Source: Candidatus Eiseniibacteriota bacterium (GTDB lineage: Bacteria; Eisenbacteria; RBG-16-71-46; JAFGJU01). From it: DNA of 64,000 nucleotides. Every line of letters begins with the position of its first letter. The first letter of the stretch is position 1. The stretch covers positions 273,149-337,148 of the forward strand of contig JAPLKG010000008.1 of the NCBI GenBank assembly GCA_026388185.1, written 5' to 3'. The position numbers and the translations under genes are program-made. Under the pieces are notes generated by a model that saw only the letters and a list, made by a program, of their open reading frames with translations, was not told the DNA's origin and did no database searches. Below, piece after piece: positions 9,511 to 19,830 of this stretch.

Positions 9511-11710
9511 CTTCGTATTCTGTGTACACAATCACCAACCTGTCGGGAATCTGGACTTCGTGCTGGAGGATGCTTTCGAGAGGGCCTACCTGGCCTTTCT
9601 GAACGTCTTGGCCCGACATCCGTCCATCAAGACCGCGTTTCACGTGAGCGGGGCGCTCCTCGAGTGGATTGAGAGGCATCATCCCCAGTACTTTGACCTG
9701 GTGCGTTCACTTGTGACGCGAGGCCAGCTCGAAATCATGACCGGCGGCTTCTACGAGCCGGTGCTTCCCTCGGTACCCGACGAGGACAAGATAGGACAGA
9801 CAAGAAAACTGACTTCGTTCGTGAAAGAGAAATTCGGTTTTCAGGCCAGGGGCTTGTGGCTTGCGGAGAGAGTCTGGGAGCCGTCGCTGGCAAGCGCAAT
9901 CGGGAGGGCCGGCGTTGAATATACGGTCGTGGATGATTCCCATTTCAAGAGCGCAGGTCTACCGGAAAACGAGCTCCTCGGATACTACCTGACAGAGGAT
10001 CAAGGTACGGTCATCAAGGTGTTCTCGGGTAGCAAACGTCTCAGATACCTGATTCCGTATGCCGATCCCCACGAAACGCTGGACTACCTGCGCGAGAAAG
10101 CCTCCGAAACCGAAGACACTCTTCTCGTTTTTGCGGACGACGGAGAGAAATTCGGGATATGGCCCGGGACTCACAAACTCTGCTATGAAGACAAGTGGCT
10201 AGAGAGATTCTTTACAGCATTGGAAGCAAACAAGGAATGGGTGAGCGTTGTCACATTCTCGGAATATATCTCGCAGCACAAACCCCTCGGTTGGGTTTTT
10301 CTTCCCGCGGCGTCGTACGCGGAAATGATGGAGTGGAGTCTTCCCGTCGAGGCTCAGCTCAGGTATCACGAATTCCTAGGAAAGCTGAGTGCGAGCGGTG
10401 AATTCGAGAGATACGAGAGCTTCGTGAAGGGAGGATTCTGGCGCAATTTTCTTAGTAGGTATCCTGAGAGCAATTGGATGCACAAGCGCATGCTGTACGC
10501 AAGGCGTAAGGTGTTGAGAGACGTCCCTTCGGAGCTTCGGAAGGCGTCTTCGGAATCGAGGAGGCCACTCGGGTCGGCCGGGGCTCGCGAGGTCGCCCTC
10601 AACGAAATATGGAAGGCGCAGTGCAATTGCGCGTACTGGCACGGGGTCTTCGGCGGTCTCTATTTGCCTCATCTGAGAGAGGCCATCTACAGGCACATCA
10701 TCCGAGCGGACAAACTGGCGAGTGAGGTGCCGGGGAATGTCGCGCCCGCGCCGACTGTTGAGCGAGTCGATGTTGACGGAGACGGTGCGGAGGAGATCGC
10801 GATCTCGAACGGCAAGCTTGTGTGTTTCATCGCTCCGGCCAGGGGAGGGACCGTCGTAGAGATTGATGACGTGGCTCACGAGATAAACCTCGTCAACACT
10901 CTGGCCCGTCGCAGGGAGGCGTATCACAGTCAGATCAAGACCGGCGCCGGCGATAAATCCGGTGAGAAGGTCGCCAGTATTCATGACGCGGTCGTGGCGA
11001 AGGAGGAAAAACTGGACGAGTTCCTCTTCTACGACAGGTTCCCCAGGGTTTGCCTGCTCGACCATTTTCTGTCGCCCCGGACTTCGCTCAGCGAACTCTT
11101 TGAAAGCAAATTCGAGGACCTGGGGAATTTCGCGGGTGCTCCCTACACCGAGAAATCACCCTTCAGGGATGGGCGAGTCGTGTTGAGCGCCTCGGGGATG
11201 GTCCGTTCGGCGACCGAAACGGCACGCTTGACCATCGACAAGACTCTGTCTGTTCCAGCCGGTGTGGCTTCACTCCAGGTGTCCTACGATCTCAGTTTCG
11301 GAAGCCAGAGGGGCGCGGAGTTGCTGTTTGTTCCCGAACTGAATCTATTGATTCCCTCCGGCCGCGGAGCCCAGGGCAAGGTTGACACAGACGCGTTGGG
11401 CGCGCGGGTTGTAGAACTCTCGAGTCCCGGCGAATTTCTTGGCGTCAGAGGGTTGACATTGACTGACGAACGCGTGGGACTCTCGGTGACGATCTCGATG
11501 GGAACGGCTTGCAAACTCTGGCAATTCCCCGTCGAAACAGTTTCCCTGTCCGAGGGCGGCCTCGAGAAAATCTATCAGGGCACGTGTGTCATGCTGGCCT
11601 GGCCGCTGCCCGCGGGGATCAGGCAAGCGAGCTTCGATATTCGTATGGAGTTCAAAACCTCGGACGCTAAGCACGCTCTGACAAGCAGTACGCGCGCGGC
11701 CGGGAGATAA
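9497..11710 (+). CDS. Glycoside hydrolase family 57 protein (alpha-amylase / 4-alpha-glucanotransferase-like)
   Basis: TTG 9497 with AGGAAGG upstream; N-terminal FVFCVHNHQPVGN and downstream GH57-like blocks (LWLAERVWEPSL, VFADDGEKFGIWPG). Confidence 0.75.
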   Translation: MKKTSFVFCVHNHQPVGNLDFVLEDAFERAYLAFLNVLARHPSIKTAFHVSGALLEWIERHHPQYFDLVRSLVTRGQLEIMTGGFYEPVLPSVPDEDKIGQTRKLTSFVKEKFGFQARGLWLAERVWEPSLASAIGRAGVEYTVVDDSHFKSAGLPENELLGYYLTEDQGTVIKVFSGSKRLRYLIPYADPHETLDYLREKASETEDTLLVFADDGEKFGIWPGTHKLCYEDKWLERFFTALEANKEWVSVVTFSEYISQHKPLGWVFLPAASYAEMMEWSLPVEAQLRYHEFLGKLSASGEFERYESFVKGGFWRNFLSRYPESNWMHKRMLYARRKVLRDVPSELRKASSESRRPLGSAGAREVALNEIWKAQCNCAYWHGVFGGLYLPHLREAIYRHIIRADKLASEVPGNVAPAPTVERVDVDGDGAEEIAISNGKLVCFIAPARGGTVVEIDDVAHEINLVNTLARRREAYHSQIKTGAGDKSGEKVASIHDAVVAKEEKLDEFLFYDRFPRVCLLDHFLSPRTSLSELFESKFEDLGNFAGAPYTEKSPFRDGRVVLSASGMVRSATETARLTIDKTLSVPAGVASLQVSYDLSFGSQRGAELLFVPELNLLIPSGRGAQGKVDTDALGARVVELSSPGEFLGVRGLTLTDERVGLSVTISMGTACKLWQFPVETVSLSEGGLEKIYQGTCVMLAWPLPAGIRQASFDIRMEFKTSDAKHALTSSTRAAGR

Positions 11711-11713
11711 GGA

Positions 11714-12415
11714 ATGTTGAGGGAGATTCTTCTTCTCTGTCTGGCCGGCGGAGTGTGCGCGCTCGACACGGCCACCGCCTGGCAGCTCATGCTGAGCCAG
11801 CCCCTCGTGAGTGGGACGGCTGCGGGCTTGTTGGTCGGCGCCCCCCACGCGGGGATCTTCATAGGACTCGTGCTTCAACTCCTCTGGTCCGCCGCCATTC
11901 CCATGGGAGCCCGCCCCATGCCCGACGCGCCTGTCGGATCCGTGAGCGGGGTCTGGTTCGCCGTGACTCTTCTTGAAACCAATTGCCTCGCTTCGTCTTC
12001 CTTTTGCTATCTTCTCGGCCTGATTGCCGCCTTGGCCGTGGCGCTGTTGGGGAGACGGACAATACTGCTCGAGCGCGAGATCGGTCGAAGGCTCTTCAAG
12101 AGATTCGTGAAAAATGTGAACGACGGTCGGGACGCCCGCCCGGAGAAGGCGGTCTCGCTTGCCGTGGCGATCGGCTTTGCGCGGGGCTTTCTCCTATGTC
12201 TTCTGGCCATGGGTGCTCTGACTCCACTGGCGCTCTTGCTTGCGGAGAATCCCGGCCTGTCAGCGCGTGACTACAGTCTCACGCTTCTAGTTCTTGAGGC
12301 CCTGGGGGTGGGCGTCCTCTTCTCCGTTTTTGTCGGCAGGTCAAGAGCTCGCCTCCTCACCTTCGGGGGTGGTGCGGCCTGGGCTTTTCTCATCATGAGC
12401 GTTTTTCGCCGATGA
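11714..12415 (+). CDS. PTS mannose-family EIIC membrane component
   Basis: Polytopic hydrophobic protein; LMLSQPLVSGTAAGLLVG resembles EIIC-Man N-terminal motif; sits between GH57 gene and IID. Confidence 0.6.
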   Translation: MLREILLLCLAGGVCALDTATAWQLMLSQPLVSGTAAGLLVGAPHAGIFIGLVLQLLWSAAIPMGARPMPDAPVGSVSGVWFAVTLLETNCLASSSFCYLLGLIAALAVALLGRRTILLEREIGRRLFKRFVKNVNDGRDARPEKAVSLAVAIGFARGFLLCLLAMGALTPLALLLAENPGLSARDYSLTLLVLEALGVGVLFSVFVGRSRARLLTFGGGAAWAFLIMSVFRR

Positions 12416-13185
12416 GGTGTCAAGTGGGCGAGAGGAACCTGGGCAAGTTGGATCTTGTTCGGTTGGTGCTCCGTTCCTTCTATCTGCAGGCGGCGTGGAA
12501 CTACGAAGGCCTGCAGACGTTGGGGTTTGCGTATGTGATGTTTCCCGTGGCCCGCAAGCTCGGTTGTGGAACGACCGCGACACGGGAATTCGCAGTGCGA
12601 CATCTCAGGCTTTTCAATACGAATCCTGTTCTTGCTTCGTACATCATCGGGGCTACTGCAAAGCTGGAAGAAGAGCGTGAAAGGGGGAAGGTGAGCGCCG
12701 CCGACGTGGAAGCGCTAAAGAGCTCGCTCGCCGTTCCTCTTGCCGCCGTCGGTGATCGTTTCTTCTGGGCAAGCATGAGACCACTTTCCGGAATGCTGGG
12801 TGTGCTGATTGCGGGTGGGTTCGGGGTCCTGGGCGCGGTTGCGTTGCTCGTGCTGTACAACGTCTTCCACATCTACTACAGGGTGAAGGGTGTGCTCAGA
12901 GGATACACGTTGGGCGCCGGTGTCGTCGGAGAGATTCCGAAGCTTAGGCTCATGACACTGAGCCGGACCGTCGGATGGGTTGGGGCCGCGACAGCGGGCA
13001 TTCTGCTCGTGGGGGTCGTTCATGCCTGGAGCGGTGGGTGGAAACGGGAGGCCCTGTTGCTGCTTCCTGTCGTGGCGATAGCGAGCGGGCTTCTGCGAGA
13101 GTCGTTTCAGAAGAGAATCACCGAGGTCGCCATCGCCGTTGGAGCCGCGGGGCTTGTTTTGACAGCCAGCGGGATTTTCGGTTAG
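12412..13185 (+). CDS. PTS mannose-family EIID membrane component
   Basis: N-terminal LRSFYLQAAWNYEGLQTLGFAY typical of EIID; ATGA start/stop overlap with IIC. Confidence 0.65.
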   Translation: MRCQVGERNLGKLDLVRLVLRSFYLQAAWNYEGLQTLGFAYVMFPVARKLGCGTTATREFAVRHLRLFNTNPVLASYIIGATAKLEEERERGKVSAADVEALKSSLAVPLAAVGDRFFWASMRPLSGMLGVLIAGGFGVLGAVALLVLYNVFHIYYRVKGVLRGYTLGAGVVGEIPKLRLMTLSRTVGWVGAATAGILLVGVVHAWSGGWKREALLLLPVVAIASGLLRESFQKRITEVAIAVGAAGLVLTASGIFG

Positions 13186-13214
13186 TATCACGTGGAACTT
13201 GTTTTGGAAGAACA

Positions 13215-13484
13215 ATGCTTGTGACAACGCTTACAATCACTAACGACCCGGGTGTTCACCTGCGGGCTGCGGCGATATTCGTGAAGGAAGCCAGCCGGTT
13301 TAGGTCGGACATTTGGGTGATGAAAGACGACATCGAAGTCAACGGCAAGAGTATTCTCGGGCTTGTCTCTCTTGTTGCCGAGCGAGGTTCGTCCATCCGT
13401 ATAAGGGTCCAAGGAGAGGATGAAACCGAGGCGCTCGCGATCCTCACTGATCTCGTTCAGAACAAGTTCTACGAGGACCAATAG
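13215..13484 (+). CDS. ptsH: Phosphocarrier protein HPr
   Basis: 89 aa; His15-region GVHLRAAA and Ser46-region GKSILGL (HprK target). Confidence 0.85.
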   Translation: MLVTTLTITNDPGVHLRAAAIFVKEASRFRSDIWVMKDDIEVNGKSILGLVSLVAERGSSIRIRVQGEDETEALAILTDLVQNKFYEDQ

Positions 13485-13496
13485 CAGGTTTTCCGC

Positions 13497-15257
13497 ATGG
13501 CAGTATCCAACTCCAGAATCATCAGAGGCATCCCGGCGTCTCCTGGAATTGCCATCGGCAAAGCTCACATTCTTGAACTCGAAGAGCTCCACGTGAGGGA
13601 GAGACAGGTCGAGCCCCAGGACGTTGAGGAAGAAGTCCGGCGATTCAAGGCCGCTCTTTTCACGGCGCGCAAGGAGATGGAAGCGCTGATAGAAACAATA
13701 GAGGAAGAACTCGGACCGGAGCAGGCGAAGATATTCGACGCACACTTGATGATACTCGATGACGTCGTGGCTGTAGACAAGACGATGAAGGCGATTCGCG
13801 AAGGAAGAAGGAACGCCGAGTTTGCGTACAGAGGAACCCTTTCCGAGATCGCGGAAGGGCTTGACCTCGCCAAGGAAGAGCATTTCAGGGACAGCGCAGC
13901 CGACGTACGTGATGTCAAGAGAAGGGTCATAAGACACCTGCTCGACGAACCTCGACGAGGCCTCGGAACGATAAAGGGACAGGTAGTGCTGCTGGCGCAC
14001 GACCTCACGCCGAGCGAAGCGGTGTTGCTGAGCAAGGACACCGTGCTCGGCTTTGCCACGGACTCTGGTGGCAGGACGTCGCACGCAGCCATAATGGCTC
14101 GGTCGAGAGGCATCCCCGCCGTTGTCGGGCTCAAATACGTGACGGCCCACGTCAAGGCCGGAGACACGGTGGTAGTGGACGGGAATAGGGGCTTGGTCGA
14201 TGTGAATCCCACCGATCAGGCCCTTCAGGAATACAGGAAGAGACAACAGCGGCTACTCGATCTGGAAGGAATGCTACTCGACATAAGAGAGCTGCCCGCG
14301 GTCACGACTGACGGACACAGAATAGAGCTTTCGGCAAACATAGAGATGCCGGAGGAGGTGGAGTCCGCCCTGGCAAAGGGAGCGGGAGGCGTCGGACTGT
14401 ACAGAACGGAATTCTTCTACATGAAGAGTGCCAAACTCCCGGGAGAGGAAGAACAGTACGAGGCATACAAGAAAGTCGCCGAGAGATGTCATCCGTATCC
14501 CGTGATAATTCGCACGGTGGACGTCGGAGGCGACAAGTTTGCCTCCTATCTCGGAGCCGCGAAGGAGAACAATCCATTCCTTGGGTGGAGAGGGATAAGG
14601 TTCTCCCTGGAGAGACAGGAGATATTCAAGATCCAATTGAGGGCGATTTTCCGTGCGGCCGCGGCCGGCAACGTGAAACTGATGTTCCCGATGATTTCCA
14701 GCCTCGACGAACTGAGACAGGCCAACACAATCTGTGCGCAGGTTCAAGAAGATCTGAGGCAGAGAGGCGTGCCTTTCGGAGACAATTGTGAAATAGGGAT
14801 CATGGCGGAAACGCCCGCATCAGTCATGATAGCTGATTCCCTGGCCGGAGAGGCCGATTTTTTCAGCATCGGTACGAACGACCTCATACAATATACGCTC
14901 GCAGTAGACAGAGGCAATGAGAAGATTGCCTATCTGTATGATCCCTTGCATCCGGCCATCCTGAAGTCCATAAAGACACTGGTGGACGCGGGACACAGGC
15001 ACAACATCTGGGTCGGAGTGTGTGGTGAGATGTGCGGTGATCCTGTCGGGGCAGTGATCTTGCTGGGGCTCGGCCTGGACGAATTCAGTACAAGCCCGTA
15101 CCTTCTTCCCGAAATAAAAACGATCGTGCGTTCTGTGAGCTACGCGGAGACCAAGGAGCTTGCAGACAAGGCCTTGTGTCTATCGACGGCTGCAGACGTC
15201 AGAAGCTTCGTCGAGGAAGTGATTGTAGCGAAGTTTCCTCAAATCCTGTCCCCTTGA
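13497..15257 (+). CDS. ptsI: Phosphoenolpyruvate-protein phosphotransferase, PTS Enzyme I
   Basis: 586 aa; phospho-His region GGRTSHAAIMAR, PEP-utilising C-terminal domain. Confidence 0.9.
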   Translation: MAVSNSRIIRGIPASPGIAIGKAHILELEELHVRERQVEPQDVEEEVRRFKAALFTARKEMEALIETIEEELGPEQAKIFDAHLMILDDVVAVDKTMKAIREGRRNAEFAYRGTLSEIAEGLDLAKEEHFRDSAADVRDVKRRVIRHLLDEPRRGLGTIKGQVVLLAHDLTPSEAVLLSKDTVLGFATDSGGRTSHAAIMARSRGIPAVVGLKYVTAHVKAGDTVVVDGNRGLVDVNPTDQALQEYRKRQQRLLDLEGMLLDIRELPAVTTDGHRIELSANIEMPEEVESALAKGAGGVGLYRTEFFYMKSAKLPGEEEQYEAYKKVAERCHPYPVIIRTVDVGGDKFASYLGAAKENNPFLGWRGIRFSLERQEIFKIQLRAIFRAAAAGNVKLMFPMISSLDELRQANTICAQVQEDLRQRGVPFGDNCEIGIMAETPASVMIADSLAGEADFFSIGTNDLIQYTLAVDRGNEKIAYLYDPLHPAILKSIKTLVDAGHRHNIWVGVCGEMCGDPVGAVILLGLGLDEFSTSPYLLPEIKTIVRSVSYAETKELADKALCLSTAADVRSFVEEVIVAKFPQILSP

Positions 15258-15301
15258 TTCGCCGTCCTGCTGGTAACTGTCCGACTTTCTGAGAGGGAAT
15301 C

Positions 15302-16369
15302 ATGATACTTGACGCCCCGATCGAGTTGAGAAAAATGGATCCTTCCGGAATGCTGAGGCTGGTCAGCGATATGCCTCAGCACATCGAGAAGGCGATGGTC
15401 ATCAGTTCCTCCGCCCCGGTGGGTGTGTCCGACTCAGGGTTCAGGCACGTGGCGGTGGCCGGCATGGGGGGCTCGGCCATTGCGGGTGACCTGGTGAAAA
15501 TGCTCATGGAGGAGAGGGCCGGTATTCCGTGCGTTGTGGTGAGGGAGTATGACTCCCCTCTTTTCGTGGGGCAGCGGACGTTGCTCTTCTGTTCGAGTTA
15601 CTCGGGCAACACGGAGGAGTCGCTCTCGCTGTACGAAGACGCCAGGAAGAGAGGTGCGCGCGTCATTTGTCTCGGGTCCGGCGGTGAGCTCCAGAGGCGC
15701 GCCATGGTGGACGGCGTGCCTTTCCTCAAGATGGAAGAGGGATTGCCTCCGAGAGCGGCAATCGGATACTCCTTCTTCATGATGTACGACGTGCTGCGTC
15801 GAATGTCCATTCTTCCCGAAGAGCCTGGAGAAGCGAGCGAGGTCGTCTCGCTACTCAGAAGCAAGACACAAACTTATCACGAGGAGACTCCAACCTCTCA
15901 CAATCCTGCCAAGAAGCTGGCCGCGGAGCTTTTCAACAGGTTCGTGGTCGTCTACGGAAGCAAGCTCACGTCCTGCGTAGCACTAAGGTGGAAATGTCAA
16001 CTGAACGAGAACAGCAAGACGCCGGCCTACGTCGGCAGCTTTCCGGAACTCGATCACAATGAGATTGTGGGTTGGCGTGGGTTGAAGACGCTCGGTATCC
16101 CCACAGAAGCGATCGTTCTGAGAGATTCCTCTGAACACGACAGGGTCGGCAGGCGAATAGACATTACACTCGAGCTGATGAAGGCCGACGGAGTACAAAC
16201 GAAAGAGGTCTGGAGCGAAGGGCGAAGCCTTCTGGCGAGAATCTTTTCATTGATTTACCTCGGCGATTTCGTTAGCATCTACCTTGCCATGCTCCGTGGT
16301 GAAGATCCGACTCCGGTACGAAGAATAGACGAACTCAAGAAGAGATTGTCGGAGGAAACGAACACATGA
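15302..16369 (+). CDS. Bifunctional phosphoglucose/phosphomannose isomerase (SIS-domain, archaeal-type PGI/PMI)
   Basis: SIS-domain sequence with VAVAGMGGSAIAGD and CSSYSGNTEE motifs. Confidence 0.65.
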   Translation: MILDAPIELRKMDPSGMLRLVSDMPQHIEKAMVISSSAPVGVSDSGFRHVAVAGMGGSAIAGDLVKMLMEERAGIPCVVVREYDSPLFVGQRTLLFCSSYSGNTEESLSLYEDARKRGARVICLGSGGELQRRAMVDGVPFLKMEEGLPPRAAIGYSFFMMYDVLRRMSILPEEPGEASEVVSLLRSKTQTYHEETPTSHNPAKKLAAELFNRFVVVYGSKLTSCVALRWKCQLNENSKTPAYVGSFPELDHNEIVGWRGLKTLGIPTEAIVLRDSSEHDRVGRRIDITLELMKADGVQTKEVWSEGRSLLARIFSLIYLGDFVSIYLAMLRGEDPTPVRRIDELKKRLSEETNT

Positions 16370-17346
16370 GGACGAAGGCAATAATCCCAGTGGCCGGCGT
16401 GGGAGCTCGATTGAGGCCCCATACGCACACGGTTCCGAAGGCGCTGATGAATGTTGCCGGCAAGCCTATTCTGGCTCACATTCTTGATCAGCTTCCGGAG
16501 CTCGGAATCCAGGAAGTGGTCATGGTTGTTGGATACATGGGAGACAGGATAAGGCAGTACGTAGAGGGGAACTACTCTCTAAATGTGACGTACGTGGAAC
16601 AGGAGGAGAGAAAGGGTCTCGGTCACGCCGTTCATCTCACGGAGACTCACGTGAAGGACTCCCCGGTTCTCATCGTCTTGGGAGACACGATTTTCAAAGC
16701 AGACTTCTCCAAGGTCGTTGGTGGGACGACCAATTACATAGGCGTCAAGGAGGTCGCGGATCCGCGAAATTTCGGAGTCGTCGAGGTGACAAACGGCCAC
16801 ATCAAGAGGCTCGTCGAGAAACCGGAAGTCCCGCCCAGCAATCTGGCCATAGTCGGTGTGTACTACGTTGCACAGACCGAGCTGATGTTCGAGTGCATTC
16901 GCGAAATCATGCGAAGGAAGATAAGGACCAAGGGCGAATATCAGCTCACGGATGCACTCCAGCTCATGCTTGACCGCGGCTCCGAGATGCAGACCTTTTC
17001 CATCCACGGCTGGTACGATTGCGGCAAGACCGAGACACTGCTCATTGCCAATCGCGATCTCTTGGAGCTTGTCCGACATCAGCCGACAATATCTGGCAGC
17101 ATCATCGTACCTCCCGTGGCAATAGACGAGTCGGCGAAAATCGACAACTGTGTGCTGGGACCGCACGTGTCCGTAGACACAGGTGCGATCGTCAGGAACT
17201 CGATTGTGCGCAATTGCATCATCAATGCCCACGCTTGCGTGGAGGACATACTCCTGGACGCTTCTGTGGTGGGTGAGAACGCGGTGGTACGAGGCGCCTT
17301 CAAGAAGGTGAACGTCGGAGACTCTTCAGAGGTGCAACTGACCTAG
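16366..17346 (+). CDS. Sugar-phosphate nucleotidyltransferase (NDP-sugar pyrophosphorylase) with C-terminal left-handed beta-helix
   Basis: N-terminal KAIIPVAGVGARLRP nucleotidyltransferase motif; hexapeptide-like C-terminus; ATGA overlap with upstream gene. Confidence 0.7.
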   Translation: MRTKAIIPVAGVGARLRPHTHTVPKALMNVAGKPILAHILDQLPELGIQEVVMVVGYMGDRIRQYVEGNYSLNVTYVEQEERKGLGHAVHLTETHVKDSPVLIVLGDTIFKADFSKVVGGTTNYIGVKEVADPRNFGVVEVTNGHIKRLVEKPEVPPSNLAIVGVYYVAQTELMFECIREIMRRKIRTKGEYQLTDALQLMLDRGSEMQTFSIHGWYDCGKTETLLIANRDLLELVRHQPTISGSIIVPPVAIDESAKIDNCVLGPHVSVDTGAIVRNSIVRNCIINAHACVEDILLDASVVGENAVVRGAFKKVNVGDSSEVQLT

Positions 17347-17364
17347 CAAGCGGAGGATCGTTGA

Positions 17365-18507
17365 ATGGAGAAGAATCGTCTCTTTACGTCCGAATCGGTG
17401 AGTGAGGGCCATCCTGACAAAGTTGCGGACCAGATCTCGGACGGGATTCTCGATGCGTTGATCGAACTCGACCCGCTGTGCAGGGTGGCCTGTGAAACCC
17501 TTGTCACCACGGGTCTGGTGTTTGTGGCAGGCGAGATCAGTACGTCCTGCTACGTCGAGATACCTGAGATAGTTCGCTCGATCGTGAGAGACATAGGGTA
17601 TACGGATGCCAGCTACGGCTTTGATTACGAAACCTGTGCGGTCATAACTTCGATTGACGATCAATCCGAGGACATAGCCCTGGGTGTCGACAAGCACGGC
17701 GCGGGTGACCAGGGTCTCATGTTCGGGTACGCCACGACCGAAACCCCGGAGCTCATGCCGCTGCCGATACTGCTCGCGCATCGTCTCGCCAGGAGACTGG
17801 CCCACGTCAGAAAGGCGGGCATACTCCCTTACTTGAGGCCCGACGGAAAAACGCAGGTCACAGTTCGGTACGAAGGAGACAGGCCCGTCGGAGTGGAAAC
17901 CGTCATAGTCTCCACCCAGCATCATCCCGACGTTGCGCACGCCAAGATTGAGAACGACGTCATCGAGTCCGTGATCAAAGCTGTGATTCCCAAGGAGATG
18001 CTCCAGGGCAGAAACGTGAATTATTTCGTAAATCCGACCGGGAGGTTCGTGAAAGGCGGCCCCCTTGCAGACACGGGTCTAACGGGAAGAAAGATAATCG
18101 TCGACACGTACGGTGGCGTCGGTAGCCATGGGGGCGGATGCTTCTCGGGGAAGGATCCATCGAAGGTTGACAGATCCGCGTCCTACGCGTGCAGACACGT
18201 GGCCAAGAACATCGTGGCCGCCGGTCTTGCGACGAAGTGCGAAATACAGGTGGCCTACGCAATCGGAATCGCGAAGCCCGTCTCGGTTACCATAGACACC
18301 TTCGGGACGGGCCAGCTTCCTGATGATGAGATATCGAGGCTCGTAACGAAGCACTTCGATCTCACTCCTCTGGGAATAATCGAAAGGCTCAAGCTCAGAC
18401 GTCCCATATACAGATCTGTGGCCGTCTACGGTCATTTTGGCCGTGAAGAGCCGAATCTCACCTGGGAATTTCGTGACATGGTTGACGTTCTTAAGAAGGG
18501 AGTCTAG
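17365..18507 (+). CDS. metK: S-adenosylmethionine synthetase MetK
   Basis: [21 protein letters not shown] and GGGAFSGKD-like motifs. Confidence 0.95.
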   Translation: MEKNRLFTSESVSEGHPDKVADQISDGILDALIELDPLCRVACETLVTTGLVFVAGEISTSCYVEIPEIVRSIVRDIGYTDASYGFDYETCAVITSIDDQSEDIALGVDKHGAGDQGLMFGYATTETPELMPLPILLAHRLARRLAHVRKAGILPYLRPDGKTQVTVRYEGDRPVGVETVIVSTQHHPDVAHAKIENDVIESVIKAVIPKEMLQGRNVNYFVNPTGRFVKGGPLADTGLTGRKIIVDTYGGVGSHGGGCFSGKDPSKVDRSASYACRHVAKNIVAAGLATKCEIQVAYAIGIAKPVSVTIDTFGTGQLPDDEISRLVTKHFDLTPLGIIERLKLRRPIYRSVAVYGHFGREEPNLTWEFRDMVDVLKKGV

Positions 18508-18510
18508 GCG

Positions 18511-19782
<1,272 letters not shown>

Positions 19783-19830
19783 GGGAACGGTCTGGGACGG
19801 CAGACCGTACAGGAAGGAGAGCCGTGTCCC

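Noticed and set aside
12975-13484. 169-aa track ORF extending HPr upstream into the IID gene
   Set aside because: The N-terminal 80 aa overlap IID in another frame; HPr starts at ATG 13215 and gives a canonical 89-aa protein.
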